Positions 1 to 8,805 of a stretch of DNA of 42,145 nucleotides are shown piece after piece. Location of the stretch: the sequence record NC_073322.1; one strand, given 5' to 3'. The notes under the pieces are model-generated. The model had not been told where the DNA came from. It worked only from the letters and a program-made list of their open reading frames with translations, and made no database searches. The translations under genes were made by a program, and so were the position numbers. The first letter of the stretch is position 1; the number at the start of each line of letters is the position of its first letter. This DNA comes from Escherichia phage vB_EcoS-Ro145c2YLVW.

Positions 1-203
1 AGTGGATTAAGTGTAGTGAGCAGATGCCACCTAAAATGACCGGAGTTCTGGTTGCTACTGAGTTCTGGCATAAAGGTGACTGGCGTATGAAGTGGGCTAC
101 TTATGTGCCTGGGCATCCGGATGCTGACGATGGGTGGCTGATTCCTGGTGCTTCCTGGAAGCCATCACACTGGATGCCGTTACCAGAGCCACCGGAAGTG
201 TGA
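1..203 (+). CDS. hypothetical protein, 3' fragment (gene starts upstream of window)
   Basis: Frame open from window edge to TGA at 201-203; in-frame ATG at 24 could also give a 59-aa product. Confidence 0.3.
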   Translation, partial: WIKCSEQMPPKMTGVLVATEFWHKGDWRMKWATYVPGHPDADDGWLIPGASWKPSHWMPLPEPPEV

Positions 204-327
204 TGTTCAATAGTTTGGGATTTTACTGAGTGACTTACGCTGCTACACAGCAGCGTATCATTTTTCTCATTTTTGTTCTATTTCACCAAACGCAACAATC
301 GACGAGACTATTGCAGGAGATGCAACA

Positions 328-504
328 ATGAAAACGTTCACAGAGAAACTTATGGAGTGCGTTGCGAAGCGAGATGCTGCGGCTCGTAGTTACCGTAAAT
401 GCGCCAACTGCGGCAGCGGGCAGGTACAGTTAATCTCGTACCTGGGCGACTCGGTTACGCATAAGTGTCGAAAGTGCTGTCACGTGAATGCGCAACCCCA
501 ATAA
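328..504 (+). CDS. small Cys-rich zinc-ribbon protein (58 aa)
   Basis: ATG 328 with GCAGGAG Shine-Dalgarno 8 nt upstream; CxxC...CxxCC motifs; below ORF-track length cutoff. Confidence 0.4.
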   Translation: MKTFTEKLMECVAKRDAAARSYRKCANCGSGQVQLISYLGDSVTHKCRKCCHVNAQPQ

Positions 505-511
505 AATTTAC

Positions 512-540
512 TTGCACACTTGAATAGAATAGGCTACTAT
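512..540 (+). promoter_or_regulatory. sigma70-like promoter, conserved class A cassette (TTGCAC-17 nt-TACTAT)
   Basis: -35 TTGCAC, 17-nt spacer, -10 TACTAT; about 30 nt near-identical to cassettes at 10598-10626(-), 20344-20372(-), 41428-41456(+). Confidence 0.5.
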
Positions 541-570
541 TCATTTACACGAACGAGAGGAGAGACAGAG

Positions 571-720
571 ATGGTTACTTTGATGGTTATGGAGTTTGAA
601 AACAGCGCAGCAACTTACCGCGAGATTACTATGGTGCAGGCGTATCACCTGGCCTCAAACGGCAACTTCTACAAGGCTCAAATCATCAATGAGTTTGGGG
701 TAATTGACTATGAATTTTAA
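571..720 (+). CDS. hypothetical small protein (49 aa)
   Basis: Track ORF 520..720 starts at TTG inside the promoter; trimmed to first ATG (571) preceded by GAGGAGAGA. Confidence 0.45.
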   Translation: MVTLMVMEFENSAATYREITMVQAYHLASNGNFYKAQIINEFGVIDYEF

Positions 721-979
721 CAGTTACACCGTGACTGTTGATTTTGAGGGGCTGGAGTTGCCCCTCCCTAACAACTACCGGTACATAACTCGAGACCGTT
801 TCGGGTTTATCCAGGGGTGGCGTAACAAACCAACAGACACTGAGTTCGGGATGTCAGGAGGGGAAGAGTTGCCGATTACTTTTGGGCATCAGAGTAGCAA
901 CGAAGAACTTAAAACGGTGATTCGTAAGTATCGCCGCCGTAACACCGGGCTTATCGCAATAACAGGCGCTGCTGAATAA
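710..979 (+). CDS. hypothetical protein
   Basis: Track ORF 704..979 trimmed to ATG 710; overlaps upstream gene end (coupled). Confidence 0.5.
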   Translation: MNFNSYTVTVDFEGLELPLPNNYRYITRDRFGFIQGWRNKPTDTEFGMSGGEELPITFGHQSSNEELKTVIRKYRRRNTGLIAITGAAE

Positions 980-998
980 GCTAGAGGAGAGACAGAAG

Positions 999-1109
999 AT
1001 GAAAGATTATAGCGAAGTAACTTTAGGTGAGTTGCAGGACGAGTACGAAGATACGCTGTACCCGTTCATCTGCGACGGAGATTACAACGGCGTCTATAAC
1101 GGGGAGTGA
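999..1109 (+). CDS. hypothetical small protein (36 aa)
   Basis: ATG 999 preceded by AGAGGAGAGACAGAAG leader resembling the one at 571; stop overlaps next gene start. Confidence 0.3.
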   Translation: MKDYSEVTLGELQDEYEDTLYPFICDGDYNGVYNGE

Positions 1110-1114
1110 AGAAT

Positions 1115-1477
1115 ATGAGTAACAAAAACGAAGTATTCGAGTACCTGATTGACCAACTACGGCAACAGGTAAACAGCAATCAGTGCGAAGACCTGGCGCA
1201 CGAGGTGCAGTCACTTAAGAATCAGTTACGCGATGCGTCGGCGCTGGTGGCTGAGTTACAGAGTGAGTTGCAGCATCAGATTGACCTGGCGGCGGGTGTG
1301 TATAGATGGTCTACCGCATATTTCGACGAGAAAGGTAAAGTCACCAGGGTGGAGCGCGGGGTTAAGAGCGAGCAATCAGGTTGCCGTAAAGAAGATACAC
1401 AGGAATGCGGGCATGATTGGTACTTTTACGATAAAGGCACATCGATGATGTGCAAGAAATGCGGGCTGAAGAAATGA
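1115..1477 (+). CDS. hypothetical protein, coiled-coil with C-terminal Cys cluster
   Basis: Track ORF 1106..1477 trimmed to ATG 1115; C-terminal C...C...CxxC. Confidence 0.5.
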   Translation: MSNKNEVFEYLIDQLRQQVNSNQCEDLAHEVQSLKNQLRDASALVAELQSELQHQIDLAAGVYRWSTAYFDEKGKVTRVERGVKSEQSGCRKEDTQECGHDWYFYDKGTSMMCKKCGLKK

Positions 1478-1677
1478 CCAGCATCTTATTTATCTGGGTA
1501 TTATACGCGGGCCAGATGCAACTAGCGGCATCAGAAACGTTTTACTCGATGGAGGCGTGCCAGTCAGCGGCACGCGCCGCAGAGAACGCGCACTTCCTGT
1601 TTCAGGGAGACAAGCCCAACGATTCAGAGGTGCGCGCTATCTGCTCACCTAAGCGACTTGGTAAACAGGAGAAGTAA
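1474..1677 (+). CDS. hypothetical protein with hydrophobic N-terminus
   Basis: Track ORF 1450..1677; ATG 1474 overlaps stop of upstream gene; start choice uncertain. Confidence 0.4.
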   Translation: MTSILFIWVLYAGQMQLAASETFYSMEACQSAARAAENAHFLFQGDKPNDSEVRAICSPKRLGKQEK

Positions 1678-1679
1678 TT

Positions 1680-1862
1680 ATGGTACAGAGATATAGCTAC
1701 AACCCGATGTTCGGGTTTACTCCTGATGTTGAAGGCGGGTTAGTGCTTTACGAAGATTACGTGAAACTCGAAGCCGAGTTACAGAAATACAAAGACCAGT
1801 TCCCTGATTACGTCGAGTGCGCTAATTGTGGGTCGGTTACACATGTGGAAGGGGTGGAGTGA
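1680..1862 (+). CDS. hypothetical protein with CxxC motif
   Basis: ATG 1680 preceded by AGGAGAAG; 60 aa. Confidence 0.5.
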   Translation: MVQRYSYNPMFGFTPDVEGGLVLYEDYVKLEAELQKYKDQFPDYVECANCGSVTHVEGVE

Positions 1863-2155
1863 TGTCGTTAGCAACTGACATCCTGAAACGAAGCGGCCTC
1901 GCGCCGCTGTCACCAAGAGCGAACACCCAGATATACAAGCGCCGCCGTAACGCGCTGTTCCCTGAGATTCAGGCCAGACTCAAAGCTGTCCGCGCCTGTG
2001 GATTCCAGAACGGGAAGGCCGTGAATCTCGGTGAGTTTAAAACAAAGGAACGAGCGGCAATCGCTAATCGGCTATTTAATTACTGGAAATCGCTCGGGTA
2101 TGAAGATATTCCGACGAAACCACAGAGACGACAATACATCTGGAGACACAAATAA
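1862..2155 (+). CDS. hypothetical protein
   Basis: Track ORF 1826..2155 trimmed to ATG 1862 overlapping upstream stop. Confidence 0.5.
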   Translation: MSLATDILKRSGLAPLSPRANTQIYKRRRNALFPEIQARLKAVRACGFQNGKAVNLGEFKTKERAAIANRLFNYWKSLGYEDIPTKPQRRQYIWRHK

Positions 2156-2230
2156 ACCGTTATTAAGATAATTCCTAACCGTGCTATCCTCCAGTTACTG
2201 CATACTTAATACGCACCTGGAGGATTCATC

Positions 2231-2539
2231 TTGGATAAACTTACTGAAACAGTGACAGGCTGGCTTCTGGCTGCCGCACTCGCCGGAGGGGTAATCGGAC
2301 TACGACAACATAAGTCCGCTATTTCCGGCCCTATTGACGGATTCTGCTTTATTGCAACTGGCTTCACCTGCGCCGTATTTGGTGCGCCCCTCGCCGCTCA
2401 ATGGTTTGGAATCACGGGCGAGCGCGAAATCGCTGGCCTTGGCTTCATTATCGCTATTCTCTGGATGCCTATCTATTCCCGTCTCTCCGGTATCGTCGCT
2501 GGAGAATACATCGCACGTCGAGGAGGCACAGATGAATGA
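2231..2539 (+). CDS. putative holin
   Basis: 102-aa protein with hydrophobic helices directly upstream of endolysin; TTG start 2231 after GGAGGA. Confidence 0.6.
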   Translation: MDKLTETVTGWLLAAALAGGVIGLRQHKSAISGPIDGFCFIATGFTCAVFGAPLAAQWFGITGEREIAGLGFIIAILWMPIYSRLSGIVAGEYIARRGGTDE

Positions 2540-2804
2540 GTTATTCTGGTTCGGCGGTATGCTGGCAATCGGAGGCACATCGCTGTTTAATGTGTATCAC
2601 CCCAGCGTGGACGACGGGCTATTCGGTCGGGTGCTCTATATCCTGACCGCTATTGTCTGCGCCGCCGGATGTATCCACCTGTTACAGGGCAGTATGTCAC
2701 CTACGCTGCCTGAGACATTAATCACATTAGTTGCGCTGCGTCAGATTCGTCATGCGTGGCTGTCGTACGGAGGACATAAGCGTGTCTCGAAACATTTCAG
2801 ATAA
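2532..2804 (+). CDS. second lysis-cassette membrane protein (holin or antiholin partner)
   Basis: ATG 2532 after GAGGAGG; 91 aa with two hydrophobic segments; overlaps holin end and endolysin start. Confidence 0.5.
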   Translation: MNELFWFGGMLAIGGTSLFNVYHPSVDDGLFGRVLYILTAIVCAAGCIHLLQGSMSPTLPETLITLVALRQIRHAWLSYGGHKRVSKHFR

Positions 2805-3270
2805 TGGGCTGCATTTCACCGCCGCGTTCGAGGGGTTCCGCGGGGCCGCCTACCGCGCTACGCCGAACGAGAAGTACCTGACGATAGGCTATGGGCACTA
2901 CGGGCCGGACGTAACACCTGGCAAGACCATCACCCCCGGGCAAGGCCTCCTGCTACTTAATCGTGATATGGCTAAGGCTGCAGCTGCGGTTGATGCTGCA
3001 GCGCACCATTCGCTGACACAGGCACAGTTCGACGCTGTGTGTGACCTGGTCTATAATGCAGGTGCAGGTGTGATTGCAGCTACCACCGGCACGGGTAAGG
3101 CGCTGCGCTCGGGGGATATTGCAACGCTGCGGGCTAAGCTGGCGCTGTTTATCAACCAGAACGGCAAGCCGTTACTCGGCCTGCGGCGCCGTACTGCCGG
3201 ACGTCTTGCACTGTTCGACGGTAAACTGTGGCAGGAGGCCGAGGCTATTGGGCGCGCGGTGAAAGGTTGA
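2782..3270 (+). CDS. endolysin, phage lysozyme (GH24-like)
   Basis: FEGFRGAAY...TIGYGH matches the lysozyme catalytic Glu / TIGxGH signature; GTG start 2782 after GGAGGA. Confidence 0.8.
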   Translation: MSRNISDNGLHFTAAFEGFRGAAYRATPNEKYLTIGYGHYGPDVTPGKTITPGQGLLLLNRDMAKAAAAVDAAAHHSLTQAQFDAVCDLVYNAGAGVIAATTGTGKALRSGDIATLRAKLALFINQNGKPLLGLRRRTAGRLALFDGKLWQEAEAIGRAVKG

Positions 3271-3336
3271 CACCTGAGACTAATCCGACGATACTTAAAT
3301 CACCTCCTGTTTCATCCCTCTGCTCTCCAGTTTTAT

Positions 3337-3367
3337 CCCGGCCCTGACCCAGCCGGGATTTTTTTTT
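3337..3367 (+). terminator. rho-independent terminator
   Basis: CCCGGC-9 nt loop-GCCGGG stem followed by A(T)9 run, immediately after endolysin. Confidence 0.7.
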
Positions 3368-3389
3368 ATCTATTTTCTGTAATGACTAG

Positions 3390-3418
3390 TTGACTATTAC
3401 CTACGACCCTATTATATT
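3390..3418 (+). promoter_or_regulatory. sigma70-like promoter (TTGACT-17 nt-TATATT)
   Basis: Consensus-like hexamers at correct spacing upstream of small-ORF operon; spacer shares CTATTATA core with class B promoters. Confidence 0.45.
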
Positions 3419-3451
3419 TACTTCATCGACAACGAGAACGGAGTAGAGAAG

Positions 3452-3529
3452 ATGAGTAACTTCCATAATGAGCATGTGATGCAGTTCTATCGTCATAATC
3501 TGAAAACTAAAGGAGTGTTTGGGAAATGA
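3452..3529 (+). CDS. tiny ORF (25 aa)
   Basis: ATG after GGAGTAGAGAAG; stop overlaps next ATG (translational coupling). Confidence 0.3.
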   Translation: MSNFHNEHVMQFYRHNLKTKGVFGK

Positions 3530-3675
3530 AAATCACAGATATCGAAGCATTCAAAGACGCACAACTGATGGCACGCATCGCCGTCAATAACCTGAGCAGC
3601 AATATCCCGGCTGACGCGTTCTGGGCCGCCGCGATGCGGGTACTGAAAGCAGCTTATGTAGGAGAGAAGAAATGA
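3526..3675 (+). CDS. tiny ORF (49 aa)
   Basis: ATG overlapping upstream stop; AGGAG upstream; stop overlaps next ATG. Confidence 0.3.
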   Translation: MKITDIEAFKDAQLMARIAVNNLSSNIPADAFWAAAMRVLKAAYVGEKK

Positions 3676-3842
3676 GCGAAGAAATTAGAGAACGAAGTAA
3701 AGTACTTCTACCGTTGTGGGTGGGATATAAAGTCGGCCACACCCCGTTCCCAACACGTGAGGAACTGATGAAACGTAACAGTTTCCCGGGGCCGGACAAG
3801 AACAAGTATCTCAATCGCATGTGGGGAGAGCGTAAAGAATGA
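3672..3842 (+). CDS. tiny ORF (56 aa)
   Basis: ATGA overlap with both neighbours; chains into track ORF 3839..4084. Confidence 0.3.
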   Translation: MSEEIRERSKVLLPLWVGYKVGHTPFPTREELMKRNSFPGPDKNKYLNRMWGERKE

Positions 3843-4084
3843 CTGACCGTGAATACGAAAAGATGATGGTAGAGGCGGTTAACGGCGGCGTAGACATCGG
3901 TCACGTGATGCACGTCCTGAATACTAAAATCGCGGTAGCGGAGCAAATGGTTGAGTCGCTTTATGAGACCCGCCGCGAACTGATTAACCGCTTCAACCTG
4001 AACAAGTGCGAACATGAGTTCGACTACAATCCGAAGGATATGTGCGGGCAGTGTATTAAATGCGGGGTACAGCGTCATGCCTAA
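3839..4084 (+). CDS. hypothetical protein with C-terminal zinc-ribbon (CxxC-x-CxxC)
   Basis: Track ORF; ATG start; CGQCIKCG motif. Confidence 0.5.
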   Translation: MTDREYEKMMVEAVNGGVDIGHVMHVLNTKIAVAEQMVESLYETRRELINRFNLNKCEHEFDYNPKDMCGQCIKCGVQRHA

Positions 4085-4355
4085 AATCACAATCGCATCA
4101 CTCGAGCGCCGTATTATGGTGCTTGAGTCAGAGAAACAGACGTTAGGCGGGCAACTGTCAATTAACGGTGAGTTTCAACTGGAGGTGTTTAAGCAGTTAC
4201 TCACATTAACGGCGGACATAGAAAATATTGTCGCCCTTCTAGAGTCAGGGGAATGGGGCGAGCATTGCGCAGAATCGGAGTTAGGCCAACGGCTTGAGTC
4301 GGAGATTACTAACATGCTTAGTGGTCTTGGGTGGTCGCCAGATGAAAGCACCTGA
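4077..4355 (+). CDS. hypothetical protein
   Basis: Track ORF 4014..4355 trimmed to ATG 4077 overlapping upstream stop. Confidence 0.5.
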   Translation: MPKITIASLERRIMVLESEKQTLGGQLSINGEFQLEVFKQLLTLTADIENIVALLESGEWGEHCAESELGQRLESEITNMLSGLGWSPDEST

Positions 4356-4524
4356 GCCAGTAGTTATCGATGGCGTCCTGTGGAAACCTTACTCGGTTAA
4401 CCACATCGACGCCGACGGGAAGAAGTTTAGCTTCTACATTTTTGCAATTAGCCGTGAGCACGCCGCTTGTGTGGTTGACGATATACGAGAAACGGCGTGG
4501 CTTGGTGATGAGATAGTGGGGTGA
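4342..4524 (+). CDS. hypothetical protein
   Basis: Track ORF 4294..4524 trimmed to ATG 4342. Confidence 0.45.
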   Translation: MKAPEPVVIDGVLWKPYSVNHIDADGKKFSFYIFAISREHAACVVDDIRETAWLGDEIVG

Positions 4525-4528
4525 GAGT

Positions 4529-4612
4529 ATGAGTCTTGGAGTGGTTATTGGTCTGGTCGGTCTTAGTTACTTCATTGGGTTATTGGTTGGATTTCTGTGG
4601 GGTAGATACTAA
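4529..4612 (+). CDS. small hydrophobic peptide (27 aa)
   Basis: ATG after GAGAG; single predicted membrane helix; stop overlaps ATG 4612. Confidence 0.3.
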   Translation: MSLGVVIGLVGLSYFIGLLVGFLWGRY

Positions 4613-4893
4613 TGGCACGTACCGTTGCCGCGAGATTCACTGATATTGAATCTGCGATAGAAGAAGCTGTTTATAATAAATTCTGCAACCCCTCTGCTAC
4701 GCACAACTACGGAGTTATTGTTAAATACGGCAAGTTTGAAATTAGGAGAGTTCGCACCGGTCGCCCGCACGAGTTTTTATGGACAACAGAAAGCCTAGTC
4801 CCGCGGTGCCACATTTACACAAGCGGCGCACATACGATTTTTGTAGACCTTAACAAGAAAGATATTACCGTCACTAAAGGAGAGACAAATTGA
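4612..4893 (+). CDS. hypothetical protein
   Basis: Track ORF, ATG start. Confidence 0.5.
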   Translation: MARTVAARFTDIESAIEEAVYNKFCNPSATHNYGVIVKYGKFEIRRVRTGRPHEFLWTTESLVPRCHIYTSGAHTIFVDLNKKDITVTKGETN

Positions 4894-5126
4894 TTACCAG
4901 CATTCCTAAACTGATTGAAGAGTACGGAAGTATGTCGGAGACCTGCCGACAAACCGGTATCTGCGAAATGACGATTGCCAAGTACAGCAAAGACGTGAAC
5001 TGCGAGCGCCACGTAATTTATAACAACCGTCTGATGACGCACGTTAAGACAAGCCCGGTGTTATTCACGCGCCGCGGTATCACTAAAACTGAGCAACGTA
5101 TTGCTAAAGAGGAGAGTGGGGGATGA
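4890..5126 (+). CDS. hypothetical protein, possible HTH
   Basis: TTG start after AAAGGAGAGACAA leader; coupled to neighbours. Confidence 0.45.
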   Translation: MITSIPKLIEEYGSMSETCRQTGICEMTIAKYSKDVNCERHVIYNNRLMTHVKTSPVLFTRRGITKTEQRIAKEESGG

Positions 5127-5305
5127 TTGATATTTTGAGGGCTACAAATGCTGCCGGTGACCTGGTGTTTTGGTTGGCCTTTCTCGGTGTGCTGATAAAA
5201 CAACCGACTTTGTTTAACGTTATTCCTCGCTATCTGTGGTGGCCTATGTTTTTAGGCATGGGAGTATCAGGAGTGGCTGGTATCCTTTTGTGGTTTTTCA
5301 AATGA
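5123..5305 (+). CDS. small membrane protein
   Basis: 60 aa, two hydrophobic segments; last gene before terminator. Confidence 0.5.
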   Translation: MIDILRATNAAGDLVFWLAFLGVLIKQPTLFNVIPRYLWWPMFLGMGVSGVAGILLWFFK

Positions 5306-5407
5306 GGCTACTAATCATCCCGAACGCCTGGGCTATCGCTGTAGCTAACGACCATTACGGCGGCGACGGTAAAAGAGCACCACGACACTGCCTATATAAC
5401 TGATACA

Positions 5408-5432
5408 AGCCCTCTACGGAGGGCTTTCTTTT
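5408..5432 (+). terminator. rho-independent terminator
   Basis: AGCCCTC-TACG-GAGGGCT hairpin followed by TTCTTTT. Confidence 0.65.
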
Positions 5433-5459
5433 ACATCCCGCCTAATCCCCTTATATAAT
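5431..5459 (+). promoter_or_regulatory. sigma70-like promoter (TTACAT-17 nt-TATAAT) for packaging/head operon
   Basis: Near-consensus hexamers directly after terminator and upstream of terminase small subunit. Confidence 0.5.
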
Positions 5460-5524
5460 CCCTTTAGACGCGTAGGGCGCGTCTGGTGCGCTCTGATGGT
5501 CAGACGCATATGCAAGGGGATTAT

Positions 5525-6070
5525 ATGAAGCTGAAACTCAAGCAGCCATCGCCAGAGGTGGTGCAAGCTGCGCATGAAGAAGCTGTTAGCGCGAACCGTC
5601 GCCGTAAACGGCCGCGCGGTAAACAGAGCCTTTATCAATCGTCCCGTAATTCCGCTGCGTTGTGGGACCCGGACTATTGTGACGAATTGATTCGTTTCTT
5701 CGACCGCACGTCATGGGAACTTGTGCCTACGTCCAAAGGTGACGAACGCCCGCTGATTCAGGATAAGCCACCGTCACTGGCCCGCTTTGCCTTACACATC
5801 GGCGTCACTATCCCGATTATTAAGCTGTGGCTGCGTGAGATTCCCGCATTTGCAGAAGCCTATGAAACTGCACAGGCGCTGGAAGAGGCGTACTTCACTG
5901 AGACAGGCGCGGCGGGCATCTCCGCTACGTTTGCCGCTGCGAAGCTGGGCCTTAGCAAAGAGAAACCGGTTGAATCCACCGAAAAAACGGCGCCGACTGA
6001 GATTATTTTCAGTGTTGCAGAGCCTGTAGGTAAAATCGTAACAACGAATATGGGCGAGGTAGAGGAATGA
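5525..6070 (+). CDS. terminase small subunit (putative)
   Basis: Immediately upstream of and overlapping terminase large subunit; basic N-terminus and HTH-like segment; track ORF trimmed to ATG 5525. Confidence 0.6.
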   Translation: MKLKLKQPSPEVVQAAHEEAVSANRRRKRPRGKQSLYQSSRNSAALWDPDYCDELIRFFDRTSWELVPTSKGDERPLIQDKPPSLARFALHIGVTIPIIKLWLREIPAFAEAYETAQALEEAYFTETGAAGISATFAAAKLGLSKEKPVESTEKTAPTEIIFSVAEPVGKIVTTNMGEVEE

Positions 6071-7317
6071 GTATTCAGCTATCCGCCCCTCAGGCGCTGT
6101 TTCTTAATTGCGATAACAAATACAAAGCCTACGTCGGCGGCTTCGGCAGCGGCAAAACATTTGTTGGCTGCCTAGACCTGCTTACGTTTATGCTTAAGCA
6201 TCCCGGTACACGCCTTGGCTACTTTGGACCAACATATCCGGCTATCCGAGACATCTTCTATCCGACATTCGAGGAAGCGGCTAACCTGCTAGGCCTCGAT
6301 GTGCTTGTTAAATCTGGGGACAAAGAGGTAGTGGTTACCCGTGGTAAGACAGTGCTCGGGACAGTTATCTGCCGGTCGATGGATAACCCAGGCTCGATAG
6401 TCGGCTTCAAAATCGCGGCTGCGGTCGTGGATGAGCTCGATGTATTGAGTCGCGAGAAAGCTGAGCTGGCGTGGAACAAAATCGTAGCCCGTATGCGTCT
6501 GGTCATCCCGGGCGTAATCAACCACATCTCCGTAACCACGACACCGGAAGGATTCAAGTTCGTCTACGCCAAGTTCAAAGAGAACCCGACGCCGAGCTAC
6601 TCTATGGTGCAGGCATCAACTCATGAGAACGCCAGATTCCTGCCGCCGGATTATATTAGCTCGCTGACAGAGACTTACCCGGCGCAGTTGATTAACGCAT
6701 ATCTTAACGGTGAGTTCGTCAACCTGACATCCGGCAGCGTGTATTACGCATACGACCGCCGTAAGCATCGCAGCAAAGAGACAATTCAGCCTGGCGACAC
6801 GCTGTACATCGGGCAGGACTTCAACGTTACGAAGAATGCCAGCGCCGTGTATGTGCAACGTAAAGACGGCTGGCACGCGGTAGCGGAACTGAAAGGACTG
6901 TTCGATACGCCGGACACCGTGCGCGTAATTACTGAGAAGTGGAAGTCACAAGGCCACCGCATCGTCGTTTACCCTGACGCCAGCGGCAAGAACCGCAAGA
7001 CCAACTCGGCGTCAATCTCTGATATTGCATTACTCCAGCAGGCCGGGTTCGATGTGCGGGCTAAATCAGCCAACCCGCCGGTTAAGGACCGTGTTTTAGC
7101 CGTGAATACCGCGCTGGAAAAAGGTAAGCTGTGGGTTAACGACCACTTATGCCCCGAGATAGCCAAGACGCTGGAGCAACAGGCATATGACGATAACGGA
7201 GAGCCAGCTAAAGACGGCATCATTGACCATATGGCAGATGCGCTCGGCTATCCTGTAGTTTACGAGATGCCAGTGGTTAAACCAGTAATCAACATCCCGG
7301 TGACTTTCGCACTTTAA
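6067..7317 (+). CDS. terminase large subunit
   Basis: Walker A GGFGSGKT near N-terminus, about 416 aa, followed by portal gene. Confidence 0.9.
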   Translation: MSIQLSAPQALFLNCDNKYKAYVGGFGSGKTFVGCLDLLTFMLKHPGTRLGYFGPTYPAIRDIFYPTFEEAANLLGLDVLVKSGDKEVVVTRGKTVLGTVICRSMDNPGSIVGFKIAAAVVDELDVLSREKAELAWNKIVARMRLVIPGVINHISVTTTPEGFKFVYAKFKENPTPSYSMVQASTHENARFLPPDYISSLTETYPAQLINAYLNGEFVNLTSGSVYYAYDRRKHRSKETIQPGDTLYIGQDFNVTKNASAVYVQRKDGWHAVAELKGLFDTPDTVRVITEKWKSQGHRIVVYPDASGKNRKTNSASISDIALLQQAGFDVRAKSANPPVKDRVLAVNTALEKGKLWVNDHLCPEIAKTLEQQAYDDNGEPAKDGIIDHMADALGYPVVYEMPVVKPVINIPVTFAL

Positions 7318-7329
7318 GAGGATTATTCA

Positions 7330-8805
7330 ATGTTAACTATGAACGGTCAGAATCAGGGTGTTAAGACGAAACACCAGGAATGGCTGCATCACTTCGATAA
7401 ATGGCAGAAGGTACGTCACGCACTGGAAGGCGACCTTATTCGCTATCTGCGCAACGTCGGGAAGAACGAGCCTGACCCGACCTACGCGGCACAGCGCCAG
7501 GAAGAATATGAGAACGGCGCTATCTGCTACAACTTCACTAAACGTACCCTGGCGGGGATGGTCGGCAGTGTCATGCGCAAAGACCCTGAGCAGATTATCC
7601 CCCCTGAACTTGAGTACCTGTTACGCAATGCTGATGGTTCCGGTGTCGGGCTGTGGCAGCACGCACAGGATACTTTGATGGAGATTGACTCGGTGGGCCG
7701 TGGCGGGCTGCTGGTGGACGCCCCTGAGACAGCTGCGGCAACGGCAGCAGAACAGAACGCAGGATTATTAAACCCGGTCATTGCATTCTACACCACGGAG
7801 AACATCATCAACTGGCGACTGACACGCGTCGGTTCAGTCAACCGTGTGACTATGGTCGTGCTGCGTGAGGTATGGGAATACTCAGAACCGGGGGCAGAGT
7901 TTGAAACCAAGTTCGGTGAACAGTTCCGCGTCCTCGACCTGATTGATGGTCGTTACCGCCAACGCATCTATCGCTTCGATGTCGAAGGCGGCGCTCAGGA
8001 CGAAGTAATCGAAATATTCCCGGAACTCGGCGAACAGTTACGTGGCAAAATCCCGTTCACGTTTATTGGCGCAAGCAACAACGACGCCACTATCGACGAT
8101 GCGCCTTTGCTGCCGTTGGCCGAGCTAAACATAGGACACTTCAGAAATTCGGCTGATGTGGAAGAGGCCAGCTTTATAGTAGGCCAGCCCACTCTGTTCA
8201 TCGCCCCCGGCGATAATATGAGCATGGAGCAATGGAAAGAAGCCAACCCCCACGGCATCCGCATGGGGTCGCGTTCTGGTCACAACATTGGCTACGGCGG
8301 CACTGCGTTTCTGGTTCAGGCGGCGGAAACTAACCTCGCCAAACAGAACATGCTGGATAAAGAGAATCAGGCCATCCAGATTGGCGCACAGCTTATTACC
8401 CCGACGCAACAAATCACCGCTGAATCGGCCCGCCTGCAACGAGGTGCGGATACGTCCGTTATGGCGACAATCGCACGCAACGTAAGCATGGCGTACACCG
8501 ATGCGCTACGCTGGGTAGCTGCGATGCTTGGGCTTCGTGAGGATACTGAGATTGAGTTCAAGCTGAATATGGAGTTCTTCCTGCAACCGATGACCGCCCA
8601 GGACCGTGCTCAGTGGATGGCCGACATCAACGCCGGTCTGTTACCAGCTACCGCTTACTACGCGGCATTGCGCAAGGCGGGTGTAACTGACTGGACAGAT
8701 GAGGATATTCAGAACGCTATTGAAGACGCGCCGCTGCCGGTTTTTACACAGACTACCGGGGAAATTCCGGCTACAGCACAGCAGGATGAAGAGGCGCAGC
8801 AATGA
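7330..8805 (+). CDS. portal protein
   Basis: 491-aa protein directly after terminase large subunit; AAGAGGA SD before ATG 7330. Confidence 0.8.
   Translation: MLTMNGQNQGVKTKHQEWLHHFDKWQKVRHALEGDLIRYLRNVGKNEPDPTYAAQRQEEYENGAICYNFTKRTLAGMVGSVMRKDPEQIIPPELEYLLRNADGSGVGLWQHAQDTLMEIDSVGRGGLLVDAPETAAATAAEQNAGLLNPVIAFYTTENIINWRLTRVGSVNRVTMVVLREVWEYSEPGAEFETKFGEQFRVLDLIDGRYRQRIYRFDVEGGAQDEVIEIFPELGEQLRGKIPFTFIGASNNDATIDDAPLLPLAELNIGHFRNSADVEEASFIVGQPTLFIAPGDNMSMEQWKEANPHGIRMGSRSGHNIGYGGTAFLVQAAETNLAKQNMLDKENQAIQIGAQLITPTQQITAESARLQRGADTSVMATIARNVSMAYTDALRWVAAMLGLREDTEIEFKLNMEFFLQPMTAQDRAQWMADINAGLLPATAYYAALRKAGVTDWTDEDIQNAIEDAPLPVFTQTTGEIPATAQQDEEAQQ

Noticed and set aside
520-1477. Track ORF starts at TTG/GTG codons (520, 704, 1106, 1450, 1826)
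   Set aside because: These starts fall inside promoters or lack ribosome-binding sites; the first downstream ATG with a Shine-Dalgarno sequence was preferred, so the N-terminal extensions were not annotated
5787-6029. 80-aa alternative-frame ORF inside the terminase small subunit gene
   Set aside because: Arg/Leu/Ser-rich translation typical of an out-of-frame read; no start signals
6258-8561. Multiple minus-strand and alternative-frame ORFs inside terminase and portal genes (for example 6258-6557, 6616-6876, 7527-7781, 8125-8439)
   Set aside because: Fully embedded in long, motif-supported genes; no independent start signals; read as frame-shadow ORFs
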